Below are positions 38,901 through 52,535 of a stretch of 64,000 bases of DNA, one piece after another. Made by a program: the position numbers and the translations under genes. Source of the stretch: Octopus vulgaris (Eukaryota); NCBI GenBank assembly GCA_951406725.2, contig OX597821.1:81096001-81160000 (forward strand), in the 5' to 3' direction. The notes below the pieces were generated by a model, which was not told the origin of the DNA, did not search any database, and saw only the letters and a list, made by a program, of their open reading frames with translations. Numbering within the stretch: the stretch's first letter is position 1; every line of letters begins with the position of its first letter.

Positions 38901-39209
38901 GCTGGGGCTGGTTATGTGAAGCTGCTGTAGGATACAGCCAACAAACAATACAGCTTGTAAGACAATGATGCTGGTTTATAATTATCACATGGACATGGGG
39001 ACACACACCCCAATAGTTTTCTAGAAGATACTTGCCCAAGGTACCATGCAGTGTGACCAAACCTAAAGACACATGGCTGGGAAGTGAACTCCTCAGCCAG
39101 CAACAGCCATATATTAATGTTTTCTATTTACACTAACTGTAAAGCCAGTACAGAAATATATTTAAAAATATACATATGAATAAAAAGTCTTTATAATATT
39201 GTAATGATA

Positions 39210-40020
39210 ATATTTTATAATTAGGAGAAAACTTGTGATTGTTAACATTTCATGATATCTCCTGGACAAGTGACAGGCATACCCTAAATTCCTCCTATAG
39301 TGTTTGAAGCAATGACCTGTACCCATTCTTGATTGCGTACATAGTAGAAAAACCAGTTTCACAGAGATATGAAACTGAGAACGGAAGGAGTGCTTTAAGT
39401 GCATGCATTGTGATAATGGAGGTATTCCTGCTAAACGCAATTAGGAAGTTTCTCCAAGAGCATCACCATTTTAATTCTACATGATTTCTAGAATTACACT
39501 TAATGCAAATGGATCACTCAATCCATGAAGGTACATCAAGTGAAAAAAGATACTTTTCAATATTTTTACTAAGTAGTGACAAACTTTGCAGAATTAATTC
39601 AACACGATTTTTTTTTTTTTCAGTTTTGAAGATTTTATCAGCTCTTCTTTTTTTAGTCAGATTTTTCTAAAAGTTAGTTGTTCCTTAAAAAAATAATTTT
39701 GTCAGTAAAAATAATTTTTATCAACGAAGAATATTTTCATTCTTTCTCTGCATATTTTTGTTGTATTCAATGCATTGAACAGCTGAGAATAAAGTTTTAT
39801 AACATCACACCTTATCACTAAACAGACAAGCCAGTTCAGACTCTTCAAACATGAAAAGCAGAATGTTCTTCCCTGAATTCAAAAAACTTTGATAGCACTC
39901 TTTCCTTTGAGATAACAGTCTCACTTTTGTATGCAATAGAAGCTGTGTAACTAGCTTTCATGGAAGAGCAGAGTAAGAAAAACAACCTCAATTTTAATAG
40001 CCAACTCAATGTAATTAACC
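39210..40020 (-). pseudogene. hAT (Buster/Charlie-type) transposase remnant
   Basis: Minus pieces YKSETVISKERVLSKFFEFREE (cf. YHTEVRWLSRGKVL.RFFELREE) and ALKALLPFSVSYLCETGFSTMYAIKNGYRS (hAT C-terminal dimerisation motif); stops and frameshifts. Confidence 0.85.
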
Positions 40021-40134
40021 ATTTTAACACTTTCATTCTTTTAATATTTCTGTTTTACTTTTTTAATTCAAAGATTGAAGATTTTGAAATTAAAGCTTCC
40101 CTGTGAAAGAAGCAATTTATAAAATCAATAACTA

Positions 40135-40450
40135 CTATAGACCAGAACCAACCAATACCTTGTCAGTGAATTTGGTAGACAGAAACTGTGTGGAGCCTGA
40201 AGAGTGTGTGTGAGTATATGTGTGTGTGTGTGTGTGTGTGTTCATGAGTATGTCTGTGTCCCTCCAACTTGCCCCAGCACTACTTGGCAACAGGTGTTGA
40301 TTTGTGTACATTCCCATAACTTAGCAGTTCCAAAAAAGACACTGATAGAATTAGTACCGGGGTCAATTCACTTGACTAAAACCTTTCAAGGTGGTGCTCC
40401 TGCATGGCCACAGTCCAATTACTGAAACAAGTAAAAGATAAAAGAAAGAA
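40135..40450 (+). mobile_element. tRNA/CORE-type SINE, tail A, 5'-truncated
   Basis: gtgaatttggtagacagaaactg..ggtggtgctcctgcatggccacagtc. Confidence 0.8.
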
Positions 40451-40625
40451 AAGACAGTATAAAATTTAAGGAAGTTTTAACACTAGAAAACTTCAAAGCC
40501 ATTTTCCTTTTATCAACGTTGTTACAATACCTCCAGCAGCCGGCATAGAAAACTATGCTATATACAACTGTTTGAGCACAAATAAATAAGTTAGGAAGAC
40601 CAGAACTATTTTACTCAATAATTAA

Positions 40626-40782
40626 CTACACTCTCGGAGTGGTTGGTGTTAGGAAGGGCATCCAGCTGTAGAAACACTGCCAGATCAGACTGGGCCTGGC
40701 GCAGCCTCCTGGCTTCCCAGACCCCAGTTGAACCGTCCAACCCATGCTAGCATGGAAAATGGACGTTAAACGATGATGATGA
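40626..40782 (+). mobile_element. RTE LINE 3'-end copy, young
   Basis: Nearly identical to the last ~160 bp of 26365-26790. Confidence 0.9.
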
Positions 40783-41199
40783 GAGTTATTGATGTCATTG
40801 TGAAACCTAATTGAACTGGAAACTACAAGCATGTAAAAAGGCTAACAGAGTGATATCAGAAGATCTCAGTTTAACTTTTGCCCCAAATTACATGTTTTCC
40901 CATAAAGTTCATCTTCTGTTACACTCTGTCAACTTTAGTCATGTGTTCACAGAAATGGGTTACAGGAATTCTTGTTCCATTGTGAAGTCCTTTAGCCTCA
41001 TTAAAAATCTGCAAAAGCCCCACCACATATTCTTCCTTTTTCAAAAGCTTTAGTTCAGGTGAAGCTTCTCAAACTCTCACATCATCTTCTCCAACCTTAA
41101 TCATCTTCCTTCTGGCTCATTTTTTATTTACTTTTTTTGTTATAACATCTAATGTCTCTTTCTAGATTTCTTTCCAATGCTTTTTCTTTGTCTAGAATT

Positions 41200-41508
41200 C
41201 ATCATCATTCAATGTCCACTTCTCCATGCTTGCATGGGTCTGACCTGTTTCCAAATAAGGTGATATTTCCAAAGGCCAAACATTTTTCACAGAAGACTGG
41301 AAACAATTGCTTATTTTACAAACATCATGTGATGTCAACAAAAGAATATATACACACACATGTACATGACGGGCTCCTTTCAGCTTCTGCAAACCAAATC
41401 CACTCACAAGGCCTAGGAAACACTCACTGAAAGTGCCACACAGTGGGACTGAACCCAAGCCTATGGTTGAAAAGCAAGTCTCTCAACCACAGTGCCACAT
41501 CTGTGCCT
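41200..41508 (-). mobile_element. tRNA/CORE-type SINE, tail B
   Basis: Collinear with 49150-49535, with deletions. Confidence 0.75.
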
Positions 41509-41839
41509 ATAATCTATATGTACACAAAAACAAATGCTATTTAGAACTGGTACTACAGCGTTCAATAGCAGTTAATAATATTGGTTAACAGTGTATCGTT
41601 GGTTAAAACTTAAACTGTCTCCTCTAAAAGCTATGATAGGGAAATGGTACAGTAATAAAAGCAAAAATCTCTTGACGCAGCAGAAATAACTCAGCAAGCA
41701 GAAATTATCTTCAAAGAGAAGAAAAGCAACATACATAAAGAAAGAATGATTTGTTGTTGTTGTTGTTGTTGCTGTGTTTATGTATATAGAGGAAAATGAT
41801 CAAAAAGAATGTATTTATGATATAGATTTTTATGAAATA

Positions 41840-42383
41840 CGGGGTGTGGTGAATAAACTGTCATCTAAATTATGCATAAATGAAAATAACACTGACATCT
41901 CATTTTAACAGACATATTTACCAAAATTACATACAAAATATCTTGAAATACTAAAAAGTAAATTTATTCAATAAAATCAGCATTGGCTTCAACCACGGCC
42001 TCCAGATGACTCCAGAACCTCCTGCAATTTTTCTGGGTAGATTCCTTGAGGCCGTGTGGGAAGATGAACAGAGGCATAATGTCGCCATCATTAATGACCA
42101 CTCCAGACACCATGATGTTGACTGGATGGTTGATTTTTATCACAATCAGTACATGTCCTCAAATTTACACCCAAACAGTGAGATGTTCATATTGGAGCTT
42201 CCGGCACAAATGCCAAGCAGTACAGCATGTCATTTCCAAATTTCTGGCAGAGTGAATTGCATCATGGTGCTGTTTTTCTCACAGACGGTGCCCAATTATA
42301 CTGTGTAGTCAACAAAATCAAAAACAATGCACATGCATGAAATTATAAATTTAAAATGGCAACAATTTACCCATTGCACCTTG
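41840..42383 (-). mobile_element. maT (DD37D) deletion derivative with both ends
   Basis: Homologous to 19586-20434; imperfect TIRs cggggtgtggtgaataaactgt / acaatttacccattgcaccttg; TA on both flanks. Confidence 0.88.
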
Positions 42384-42448
42384 TATGTATGAAATATACA
42401 TCATAACATTTCTACAAAAGACAAACCTGCCATACATACATACATATA

Positions 42449-42483
<35 letters not shown>

Positions 42484-42635
42484 CATACATACACACACAA
42501 ACACACACACACAATTATAAAAGAGCTAATAATAGTTTCATTCTTTAAGATACATTAAATTGGCAGACTTACGTAACATGCCACGTATCTCCAAGTAATC
42601 TTTCAGGTTCAGTTCGTAACATTACATTTATATGT

Positions 42636-42772
<137 letters not shown>

Positions 42773-43724
42773 CATTGAGTACAGAGTAAATGAAATATAA
42801 AGATGAAAGTATCATTCTAAGGAATGAAGTATCAAGGTAAAACCTTTGATTACTAGAAACCAACCCATCCACACACTTTCATTGAGTAAAAGAAATATGT
42901 CAGGCAAGAACTGAATTCAAATCATTGTTGAAGGTCAAGATCAAAGCATTACACACACACACACACACACACACACTATGTTGTTTTAGTGATATAGCTA
43001 TAAGCCATTAACAATTCAGTGACAAAAATACACAAAACCAGTCCAAACAGCTGTAGATTCTCAACAAACTCCCAGGATTTCTAAAATATCCCGACATTTT
43101 CCAGTTTGCCTCCAAAACACTTGCAGGTCATCTGCATCTTACAAATGTGTATCAAGTGCATTGGTCAAAAACATTTGTTGTAGAGGTATTTCAGAAGTCC
43201 ATATTTAAAAAAAAAAACGGAGGGGCAGAGATTAATAAATCAATGGTTACAAAAGAAACTGCAATAATGAAATCACATCACAGCACTCCTCATCATTTAA
43301 CGTCCATTTTCCATGCTGGCATGGGTCAGATAGTTTGACAGGGGTTGGCAAGCCACAGGGCAGCACTAGGCTCCAGTCATGTGTTTTGATATGGCTTCTA
43401 TGGCTAGATGCCCTTCCTAACAGAGTGTACATAAATATTGTTTCAAATTTTGGCAACAAGACCAGCAATCTTAAAGCGAAAGGATTAATTGATTAAATCT
43501 ATCCCCCAACTCTGCCTCAGCCACCCGGTACTTTATTATATTGATCATGAAAGGATGAAAAGCAAAGTAGACTTTGACGGGATTTGAACCCAGAAAGTCA
43601 GATTTTATTCGCTTATGCTAATGATTCTGCAAGATCACTGCCTAAATATTAAAGTATCAAAATACTGAAAACAATTTTAGCATTAGAATATAAAACCACA
43701 AGATACATGTTCACCTTCTGTAAT

Positions 43725-43942
43725 AATCCTTTCTAATATAGGCACAGGGCCTGAAATTTGGGGGGAGGGGGGATTGTTGATTATATTGACCCCAGTGTTT
43801 CACTGGTACTTAATTTATCAACCCCGGAAGGATGAAAGGCAAAGTCAACCTCGAGGGAATTTCAACTCAGAACATAGCCGAAGATGAAATGCTGCTAGAC
43901 ATTTCACCCAGGATGTTAACCATTCTGTCAGCTCACCACCTT
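43725..43942 (-). mobile_element. Meta-domain-type tRNA SINE (an older copy lies at about 43440-43645)
   Basis: ggtacttaatttatcaaccccggaaggatgaaaggcaaagtcaacctc..gctcaccacctt. Confidence 0.85.
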
Positions 43943-44289
43943 AATGACACTTTCAATCATGCCTTCATAAAATGGATTATTGACATTCCTGTCCCATTCT
44001 TAACCATACTGTATAACAGTATGGTTAAGAAGTTCATAACTGTGAACCTGCATCCAAACCCCTCAACACCTTGGGCTTTAGTTTCTCAGGTAAACAAATG
44101 CTTTATGAATAAAATTTAGGAGGTGGAAAAGGTGTGACAGAACGTTGCATGCAATATGTCTGTGTGTCTACTAGGGTGGAACAGTGTGTTTCCTTATGTT
44201 ACTTTGTATCAGAATTTTGGCCCAGCATTTCCATTGTCTGATGGTTGAAACCAGTAAAAGAATAAAAAGTTACCAAAAGAGATGCAAAT

Positions 44290-44755
<466 letters not shown>

Positions 44756-45589
44756 GAAAAATAGGGGAACAGTCAAATCTCTCTCTCTCTCACCAACGGA
44801 CATGAAATATATCAAACCAGTTTCTAATTAGAACTACTTCAACACATTATGTCTTTAAAATATCATCAAGAAGGAAGCATTGCAGTCAAAGAGATATTCA
44901 AATGAATCATGACAAATATGGTAATGAACCGGTAAGTTTCTTTTCTCCTCAACCACATATTCTGTCTTCTGAGCACAACTATGATGCCAGTCCAACTACA
45001 CAGACAGCTCTTCAGGAATTATTAAAACTCCGTCCGATTCAGTAAATAACTGAGAGGAAACATTAAAATAAATCAGCGAGACGGTCAGTACAAACTCTTA
45101 CATCATATTTCATGTATTTAATCTTTTGTTGATAAATGATCTATGATTGAATAATTCAAACAGGTTTTTATTTTAAGTACATTGAAAAATGAAGACAAAA
45201 AATTTTGAGGGAAAAGGATAAAAATACAAGAACCCTGTGAGGCATGAATTACAATTCTTCATTTACAAATACAGGTTGCTCTCTTTGGGCTTGGAACCTG
45301 ATGGTTCCAAAAGAAGGGGTAGAAACCTATGGAGAAAGAATGAAAATCATCATCATTTAACACCCATTCTCCATGCTGGCATGCATTCAACAGGAGCCAG
45401 TGAGCCAGCAGACTACACCAAACTCCACTATCTGCTTTGGCACAGTTTCCATGGCTGGATGCCCTTCCTAACACCAACCAAATTTTGAGATAATAGATAC
45501 CAGTTCAGGAACACTGTTTGAGGATGACAAGAACAACTTTAAAACAATTTTTTTTTTTTTTTAGTTGAAGTGAGCAGAGTTTTCACATG

Positions 45590-45940
45590 ATTATTTAACA
45601 TCTGTTGCCCATGCTGGCATGGGTTGGACAGTTTGACAAGGGCTGGCAAGCTGGAAGGCTGTGCCAAACTCCAGTTTGATTTAGCATGGTTTCTACAGCT
45701 GTATGCCCTTCCTAATGCCAACCACTCCAAGAGTGTAATGGGTGCTTTTACGTGCCACCAGCATGGGTGCCATTTGCATGACACCAGTATCTGCCATGAG
45801 TGCAATTTTACTTGGCTTGATGGGTCGTCATTTGCCATTGCCTCCGTAAGGCCCAACACTCGAAAAGTGCTTTTTACGTGCCACCAACAATGGCCACCTT
45901 GCCTCTGTGAGGCCCAACACTCAAAAGGTGCTTTTTACAT
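45590..45940 (-). mobile_element. RTE LINE 3'UTR copy (subfamily of 36160-36540)
   Basis: Shares the gaggcccaacactcgaaa subrepeats with 36160-36540. Confidence 0.85.
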
Positions 45941-46429
45941 GATAGTTGTTATTGATTCTCACCCTGATGATGATGATAATGTGGCTTTTGCAAGATGAAG
46001 AGAAAGTCAGGTAAGCTTGTTGGAAACATTTTGCCAAGGAACCAGAAAGTCTAACTGCATCTGGTTGGCAAAATAACTTGTAGACCATGCAATAGAGAGA
46101 AAACGATATTTTGCTTTCCAGGTATCAGTTTTGCATGCATTGAGGTGGTGTTCATAGCGTGCAAAGCAGTAGTAATGCTGCGTGTGAACCAACTGTGAGT
46201 TTTGGGGCTGTATGCTTTATGTAAGGAATGTAGAGAGACATAATTAGAAGAATGTTAAGTAATTGACCAAACCCTTAACTGTTTCTATGCAAGGTAATAT
46301 TACCCCATTACTAGACATGTTTTCACAGACGATTGGAAATTACTGACACCACTTAGTTGATGGTCAGACTTATTTACAACTGTCATGTGAAATCAATGCA
46401 AGAGGACAGTAACATACACACACATCAAA

Positions 46430-46670
46430 AGGATCAAAGGTCTTCCTGAGCCATAGGATCATAAGGCTAGTTTTTCTAGATTATGTGGAGCATATATATA
46501 TCCCAGCCTCCAGATGAGGGTCCATCACAGGACCACTCATTTTTTCCAGTTGAGCAGATTAGAGCAACATGAAATAAGATCTGCTGAAGAACACAACACA
46601 TCACCTGGTTCAGCAATCAAAACCACAATCTTATGATCATTAGTGCAACACCCTAACCACTAAGCCATGT
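46430..46670 (-). mobile_element. tRNA-derived SINE, V-like, old
   Basis: Minus-strand head atggcttagtggttagggtgttgcac..gtggttttgattgc; central tgtgttc..ttcatgttgctc. Confidence 0.6.
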
Positions 46671-47016
46671 AACACACACACACACATATATCATCATCAT
46701 TTAGTGTCAGCTTTCCATGCAGGCATGGGTTGAACAGTTTCACTGAAAACTGGTAAGCCAGGGAGCTGCACCAGGTTCCAATCTGATTTGGCAAGGTTTC
46801 TATGGTTGGAAGTCCTTCCTAAAGCCAACCACTCAGAGTGTAGTCAGTATTTTTTACATGCCACCAGCACAGGTGCCACTAACCTGACACTGGCCATGAC
46901 TATGGTCTCACTTGGTTTGACAGGTCTACACAAACACAGTATATGCACCATCTTGATCACCTGTCATACATACACATACATACATACATACATACATACA
47001 CACATCTATATATATA

Positions 47017-47571
47017 TTGGGTTGTCCGGAAAGTTTGTGCCAATTTATAGTACCTTACCTTTAGACTTATTTTAGAACATGGTTGAGTCCATAAAATAGG
47101 ATTTGACTACCCCTCCATTTAGAGCACCGTTTAAGCTATCTTTGTGTGGAAGAAGGTTTATGTTCCTATAACCTGTGTTAATTTTGTAACCCTTTAAAAT
47201 GGAAGATAAGAAAGTTCATTTTCGGCACTTGATGCTTTGGGAACCAGACAAAAATTGCTGCAGCTCGGCTGGGATGTGTTACTCTACCTTCCATATTCAC
47301 CGGATATTGCTCCTTCGGATTTCCATTGATTCAGGTCTCTGCAGAATAGTCTTAATGGTAAAAATTTCAATTTCTTGGATGACATAAAAAGATACCTTGA
47401 TGAATTCTTTGCCACCTCAGTTCTGGGAGGAGGGTATTTCCAAGTTAAAGGAAAGATGGAGACGCATTGTGCAACAAAATGGTTCATATTTGGTTAATTA
47501 AAAATGTAATGACAAATATTTATTGACCATTTTCTTTCCTTTAAAAATCAGCACGAACTTTCCGGACAACT

Positions 47572-47574
<3 letters not shown>
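47017..47574 (+). mobile_element. mariner element, internally deleted, intact TIRs
   Basis: TIRs ttgggttgtccggaaagtttgtgc / gcacgaactttccggacaactcaa in TA runs; N-terminus MEDKKVHFRHLMLW is joined to an LPYSPDIAPSDFH motif. Confidence 0.92.
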
Positions 47575-47610
<36 letters not shown>

Positions 47611-48276
47611 TTCTTCTTGCAGTTTCTATCAACCAAATCCACTCACAGGGCTCTGGTTGGCTACACCAGAAGACACTTGCCCAAGATGCCACACAGTGCG
47701 ACTAGACCTGGAACCACGTGATTGGGAAGCAAACTTCTTGCCACACAGCCACATCTGAATCATGTAGTGAATGCATTGTTTTAGAAAAAGTCCATGTTAC
47801 ACTGAGTTTACAAATTTGCCATTTAGCAATCTGTAATATATAGGTCTGTTAAGCAATGCAAATAGTTCTGGATCTGATAAACAATACTGAAGTACAACTG
47901 CAACAAGTCTATTAAATCACTTCACAATACTTTTTTTTTTTTATGAAATTATAAATTCCACATTTCTTAAGATTGCAATAATATTTAGAGAGAGATTGGT
48001 ATCTAACTTAGTGATTAAGTTAATCCATTCTCAAATACCAGACCTATGCTTTAGTAGTTAAAATGATAAGTTGAGGGACAAATTGTCTTCCAGGATAGAA
48101 TACTATTCCATTATAAGTAGTGTTTCTCTGAAGGTTAGGTACATAACTAAGATAAGTACAAGTAAAGAGCTGAAAGATAGATTAGCCTACCTCTACTTAA
48201 TGGTTGACTGGCACAAGTGGTATCTAACAATGACAAAAAAAATATTACCTTTACTGCCACAATTCAAGTGCATACT

Positions 48277-48760
48277 TCAAGTGTAACACCTCAAAAGAGC
48301 ACCTGTACTTACTAAAATGAATGATTGATGTTGGAGTGTGGGTTCACTAATTAAGACACATGTCTCAGATTTTAAATAGTTTCCAATGATATGGAGAACG
48401 AGAGTATGAACAATAGAGCAATTTGAAATATAATATTGCTGTTCAGACATACAGCTCTGAAAACTCAAAGGACTGTAACTAACCATAGTTTCAAACAGCA
48501 GTTGTGAAAAACCAAAAATGAGTCAGAGGAAACTTGTTTGTAAACCATTCAGCCCTGGTGACAGCAGTAACCGAATTTTATACAAACAATTCTTTGTTTT
48601 CTTAAATGCAAGGACCATATCTTTGGAGTCTAATGCCCCGAATATGTCTAGAGTTGGTCTCATAACAAAGCCTATTAGCTGCACAGTCTCCATATTAAAC
48701 CCACCCATTATAAAAACTTCTTTGCTTCCTGCACCCACATTATGTTTATCTTTCAAAATG
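48277..48760 (-). mobile_element. Possible degenerate LINE AP-endonuclease remnant
   Basis: VFIMGGFN resembles the IIMGDFN motif; downstream similarity is weak and frameshifted. Confidence 0.3.
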
Positions 48761-49149
48761 CTCTTCTACTTATTACACGTAGACCTTAATTTCATGACAC
48801 AACTCACTTCCGGTGAGAGAGAGAAAGTGTGCAAGCATGTGTGTGTGTGCACGCAAATGCATGCATTTTTCTTCACTACACAAACTGTTGACAATTCTTA
48901 TCTAAAAGGGCCAACACAAACTACAAACAATGCCCTTCTCAAGAAACAACAATTAACAAAAAAGAAGATACTGTTTATTATAATAACACATTGGTTAAAG
49001 TTCAACTTTAACCAATGTGTTATTATAATAAACAGACAGAATAACAATAAAGAACCTTATTCGTTATCAGAGCTGAAGGTCTTTTGACAGCTCAGGAATT
49101 TGAATTCAAACTAACCTTTAAAATATTAGGGATCAATGAAATAACTTGT

Positions 49150-49535
49150 CATGGGGCAGACAGAACTTGCTGAGGCAGATTTTCTACAGCTGGACACCCT
49201 CCCTGTTGCTAAACCTCACCTGTTTCCATGCAAGGTAATATTTCCCCATGGCTAGACATGTTCATCCAAAAGACTGGAAACGAACAACATTACTAGTGTG
49301 ATGGTGATGCTCATGTGTCTACCCTTGTCTTGAAAAGAGTGCACACATCACACACATCACACACACACACACACATAGAACAGGTTTCTTTCAATTTCCA
49401 TCTACCGAGTCTAGTTACATTTTGATTAACCCAGAGCTCTAGTAGAAGACACTTGCCCAAGATGCCATGCAGTGGAACTGAACCGGAGAACACATGGTTG
49501 AGAAGCAAACTCTTAATCACACAACCATGCCAGTG
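49150..49535 (-). mobile_element. tRNA/CORE-type SINE, tail B, near full length
   Basis: Head, agaagacacttgcccaag core, (CA)n and RTE-like tail all present. Confidence 0.88.
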
Positions 49536-50089
49536 CCTTTCAGCAGTTTTTCTGATTTTTTTGCAAGGTTGAATGATGAGGGCAAACTAGTGAGTATATA
49601 CTGAAAGCAAAATTTGAATTCATGACCTTTGAATTAGTAGGCTAGCATCTTAACTACGAAGATGAAATTTATGTTCTCCTACTAAAAACATATGCACAAG
49701 AAATGTAACAACTAATTAACAAATTGCTATTAAGTACACAAGGTTACATAAAGCCTACAGTAGAGAAATGAAGATATTTAAGGGAAATAAACATATTTCA
49801 ATTTTACTGCAAGATTAGAAAATAGGGCAGACTATGGGAGAAAAGTTTACCTGACTAGAAATTGACCATATCAAATTAGTAGACATAAGTGATGAAAATG
49901 GAGATTAATTGCTTAATCTCATGAAGATTAATTACCATCATCATCAAAGATGCTAATTTTGAACTAGAGATCTAATTGTCTAGTTAAATCTTTTGGTGGT
50001 ACATCAGTATCATCACATCAACAAACCAGGTAGTTAACAATTAAATTTTCTGTTCTGAAAAATTTTTAATCAGCATAATCTGCCAATGC

Positions 50090-50470
50090 AATGTCTGTGA
50101 AGTAAGAAGTTTTCATCCCAACCACATGGTGTTGAGTTCAGTGCTATTTTGTGGTACCTTAGGCAAATTTCTACGATAGCCTCAAGCCAATGAAAGTCAT
50201 GTAAGCGGACTGGATAGGCAGAAACTGAAAGAAGCCCGTTGTGTGTGTGTGTGTGTGTGCGTGTGTGAGTGCGTGCATGCATGCATGTTGTTGTCTCTTC
50301 GCTTTTGACATCACATGATATGCAAGCTTCATTTTCTGCCTACAATGGAACTATATATGGTCATGTGAAAAACATTATTTTGAGCATCCACATGCAGAAA
50401 ATTTGCCTCGGCTGATTCCGTCTGATCCATGCAAGCATGGAAAGTGGGCGTTAAAACAATGATGATGATT
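50090..50470 (+). mobile_element. tRNA/CORE-type SINE, tail B
   Basis: Ends atccatgcaagcatggaaagtgggcgttaaaacaatgatgatgat. Confidence 0.8.
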
Positions 50471-51114
50471 CATAGGCATTAGATAAGTCTATGTGCATTC
50501 AAACTGCAGATACACAAGTGTGCATTGTAGCTAAGAAGGAAATTTATAACTTACATAGGCAAGTTTATACAGTGGATAAGTTACTGGTCCAGTAATAATG
50601 GATCTCTAACAATAAACATTCAATTATTTGATCAACTGAAATGTCTACTCATTAAATTTAGTGTGCAAGTGGCTGAACATGACAGACATAAACAGTCTTA
50701 ATATGAGTTACAAGCAGAACCAGCATAACAGTGTTACAAGGCTAGGCCTTCAAATTACAGATGCATTCTGTCCAACGGGCTTCCAACCCTATGTCACTCA
50801 CAAGCATTGGTCAAGCCAAGACTATGGTAAAAGACATGGGACCAAGTTGCCACATCGTGAATTTAAACTAAAGGTCTTATATTTGCAAAGCAAACTTCTT
50901 AATCCATTCTCAACATCATTTCACCATGCTATGTCCGTAACCATTCTTGTACTGGCAGGTTTAAAAGCAGATCACTCTTTAGACTATTCCTAAAGTTCCA
51001 TAATCTGATGGCAAGAGAGAAAAACAGACCAGACTTGCTTATTTTGTATAAGATGTATTAAATGTTACATCATTATGACGATGATTATGATGGTGGTCAT
51101 TTTCACTACTTATT

Positions 51115-51760
51115 ATTACTGGGAAGGCCATAAGGGTAGAGTCCTCAGGCACCTCTCATAGGGTAGAGTCCTCAGGAATAAGAGTCAATAGGGTCTTATC
51201 AGAAGCAACCACCATTGTGGATTCCCAAGCATGAGATTATAGATATTATCCAACCATCTCCTTTATGATCAACCCTTAGTTTTCCAACAGGTTGGCTTGG
51301 TTTGCAGAATCTGTCTCGTGATCCTTTCTCATAACATTCAAGAGCTACCCAAGAATCTTGGATATATTACACTTTCAGAGACAAACATATAGTTACTTTC
51401 AAAATCAACCCATTAAATATAGTTGTGTTTTAATTGCTCCAACTTATCAGTCATACTGAGATCTGCAGTTGACATTAATCATTAGAGTACCAGTTGATTA
51501 TTCAAAGGTTTGGTGATTTGTATAGAGATTGCTAAGACAGTTAACTAAGACCATCCAAGCCTGAATAGAGCAAGTTATTATCACTTGTGAATTTAGCTCA
51601 AGCCCGAAAGAATTCCAGAACTCCAAAACATAAGATGGCTCATCCAGAACAGACTTGGATTTAAACCTGCCAAAGCAAGCATTCACACCAGGTCTCCAGC
51701 TTGAAGATACCTTCCTACTTTTCTCCCACCACTCCTGAAAAGGATAGAAGTTGCACTTTC
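51115..51760 (-). mobile_element. Highly degenerate RTE-like LINE remnant
   Basis: Minus pieces such as ERITRQILQTKPT and CLSNLY; direct repeat agggtagagtcctcagg near the presumed 3' end. Confidence 0.35.
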
Positions 51761-51789
51761 CTTCTATCTAAGTTTATATATATATATAT

Positions 51790-52298
51790 TTATATAAATT
51801 TAAAATAATAAGGGTGAAAAATTGAATATTAATTTGATTAATATCAACTTAAAACCAGTGATCTAGCATATTAAAATCTGCAGGTTCAGAAAATTATATT
51901 ACATACATATAAGAGGGATGACTACTATGTGGACAACCCTTGTGCTAGAAGTAGATCCGCTATGGTCTTACCACTAAGAAAGGAATGTTCTCAAGAAAAT
52001 TTAGCGAATGCCAGAACGTAAGCAAGCAAGACAAATGAAAAGAAACAAAATTATAGATTAATCATACACATGTTTCCCTATCAACAATTATGCAATTTTA
52101 CTTAAGCAATTGTCTGTAGCTCTTCAATATGATAGTGAAACATGTATATGATTAATCTATAATTTTGTTTGCTCACTTACGTTCTGGCTTTTGCTAAATT
52201 TTTTTGAGAACATTCCTTTCTTAGTGGTAAGACCATAGTGGATCTACTTCTAGCATAAGGGTTGTCCACATAGTGGTCATCCCTCATATATGTATGTA

Positions 52299-52302
<4 letters not shown>
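51790..52302 (-). mobile_element. Second foldback Penelope-type element with hammerhead motif
   Basis: Inverted arms at about 51895-52083 and 52130-52302; one-sided extension to about 51790; minus 52060-52133 reads ATCATA TTGAAGA..stem..GAAA CATG TG TATGAT. Confidence 0.7.
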
Positions 52303-52332
<30 letters not shown>

Positions 52333-52535
52333 GAGTGAGTAGACAAACAAAAGCAGGGCACACAAATTTATTAGGAGTTACATGTATGGATCAAGACAGT
52401 TTGATTCAAATTTGTTGGTACTCTTGAGTTTGGCGGATGACTAGCATGACACTTGAAACTCAAGAATACCAACGAATCCATATATATATAAAATCATCAT
52501 CGTTGTCCTTTTCCATACTTGCATAGGTCAGTCGT

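Noticed and set aside
46007-46220. Possible exon or LINE fragment
   Set aside because: No convincing motif or paired splice sites; left unassigned.
48518-49087. Longest ORF in the track (189 aa, plus strand)
   Set aside because: Runs through a microsatellite and A-rich DNA with no recognisable domain; the only motif-like signal is on the opposite strand.
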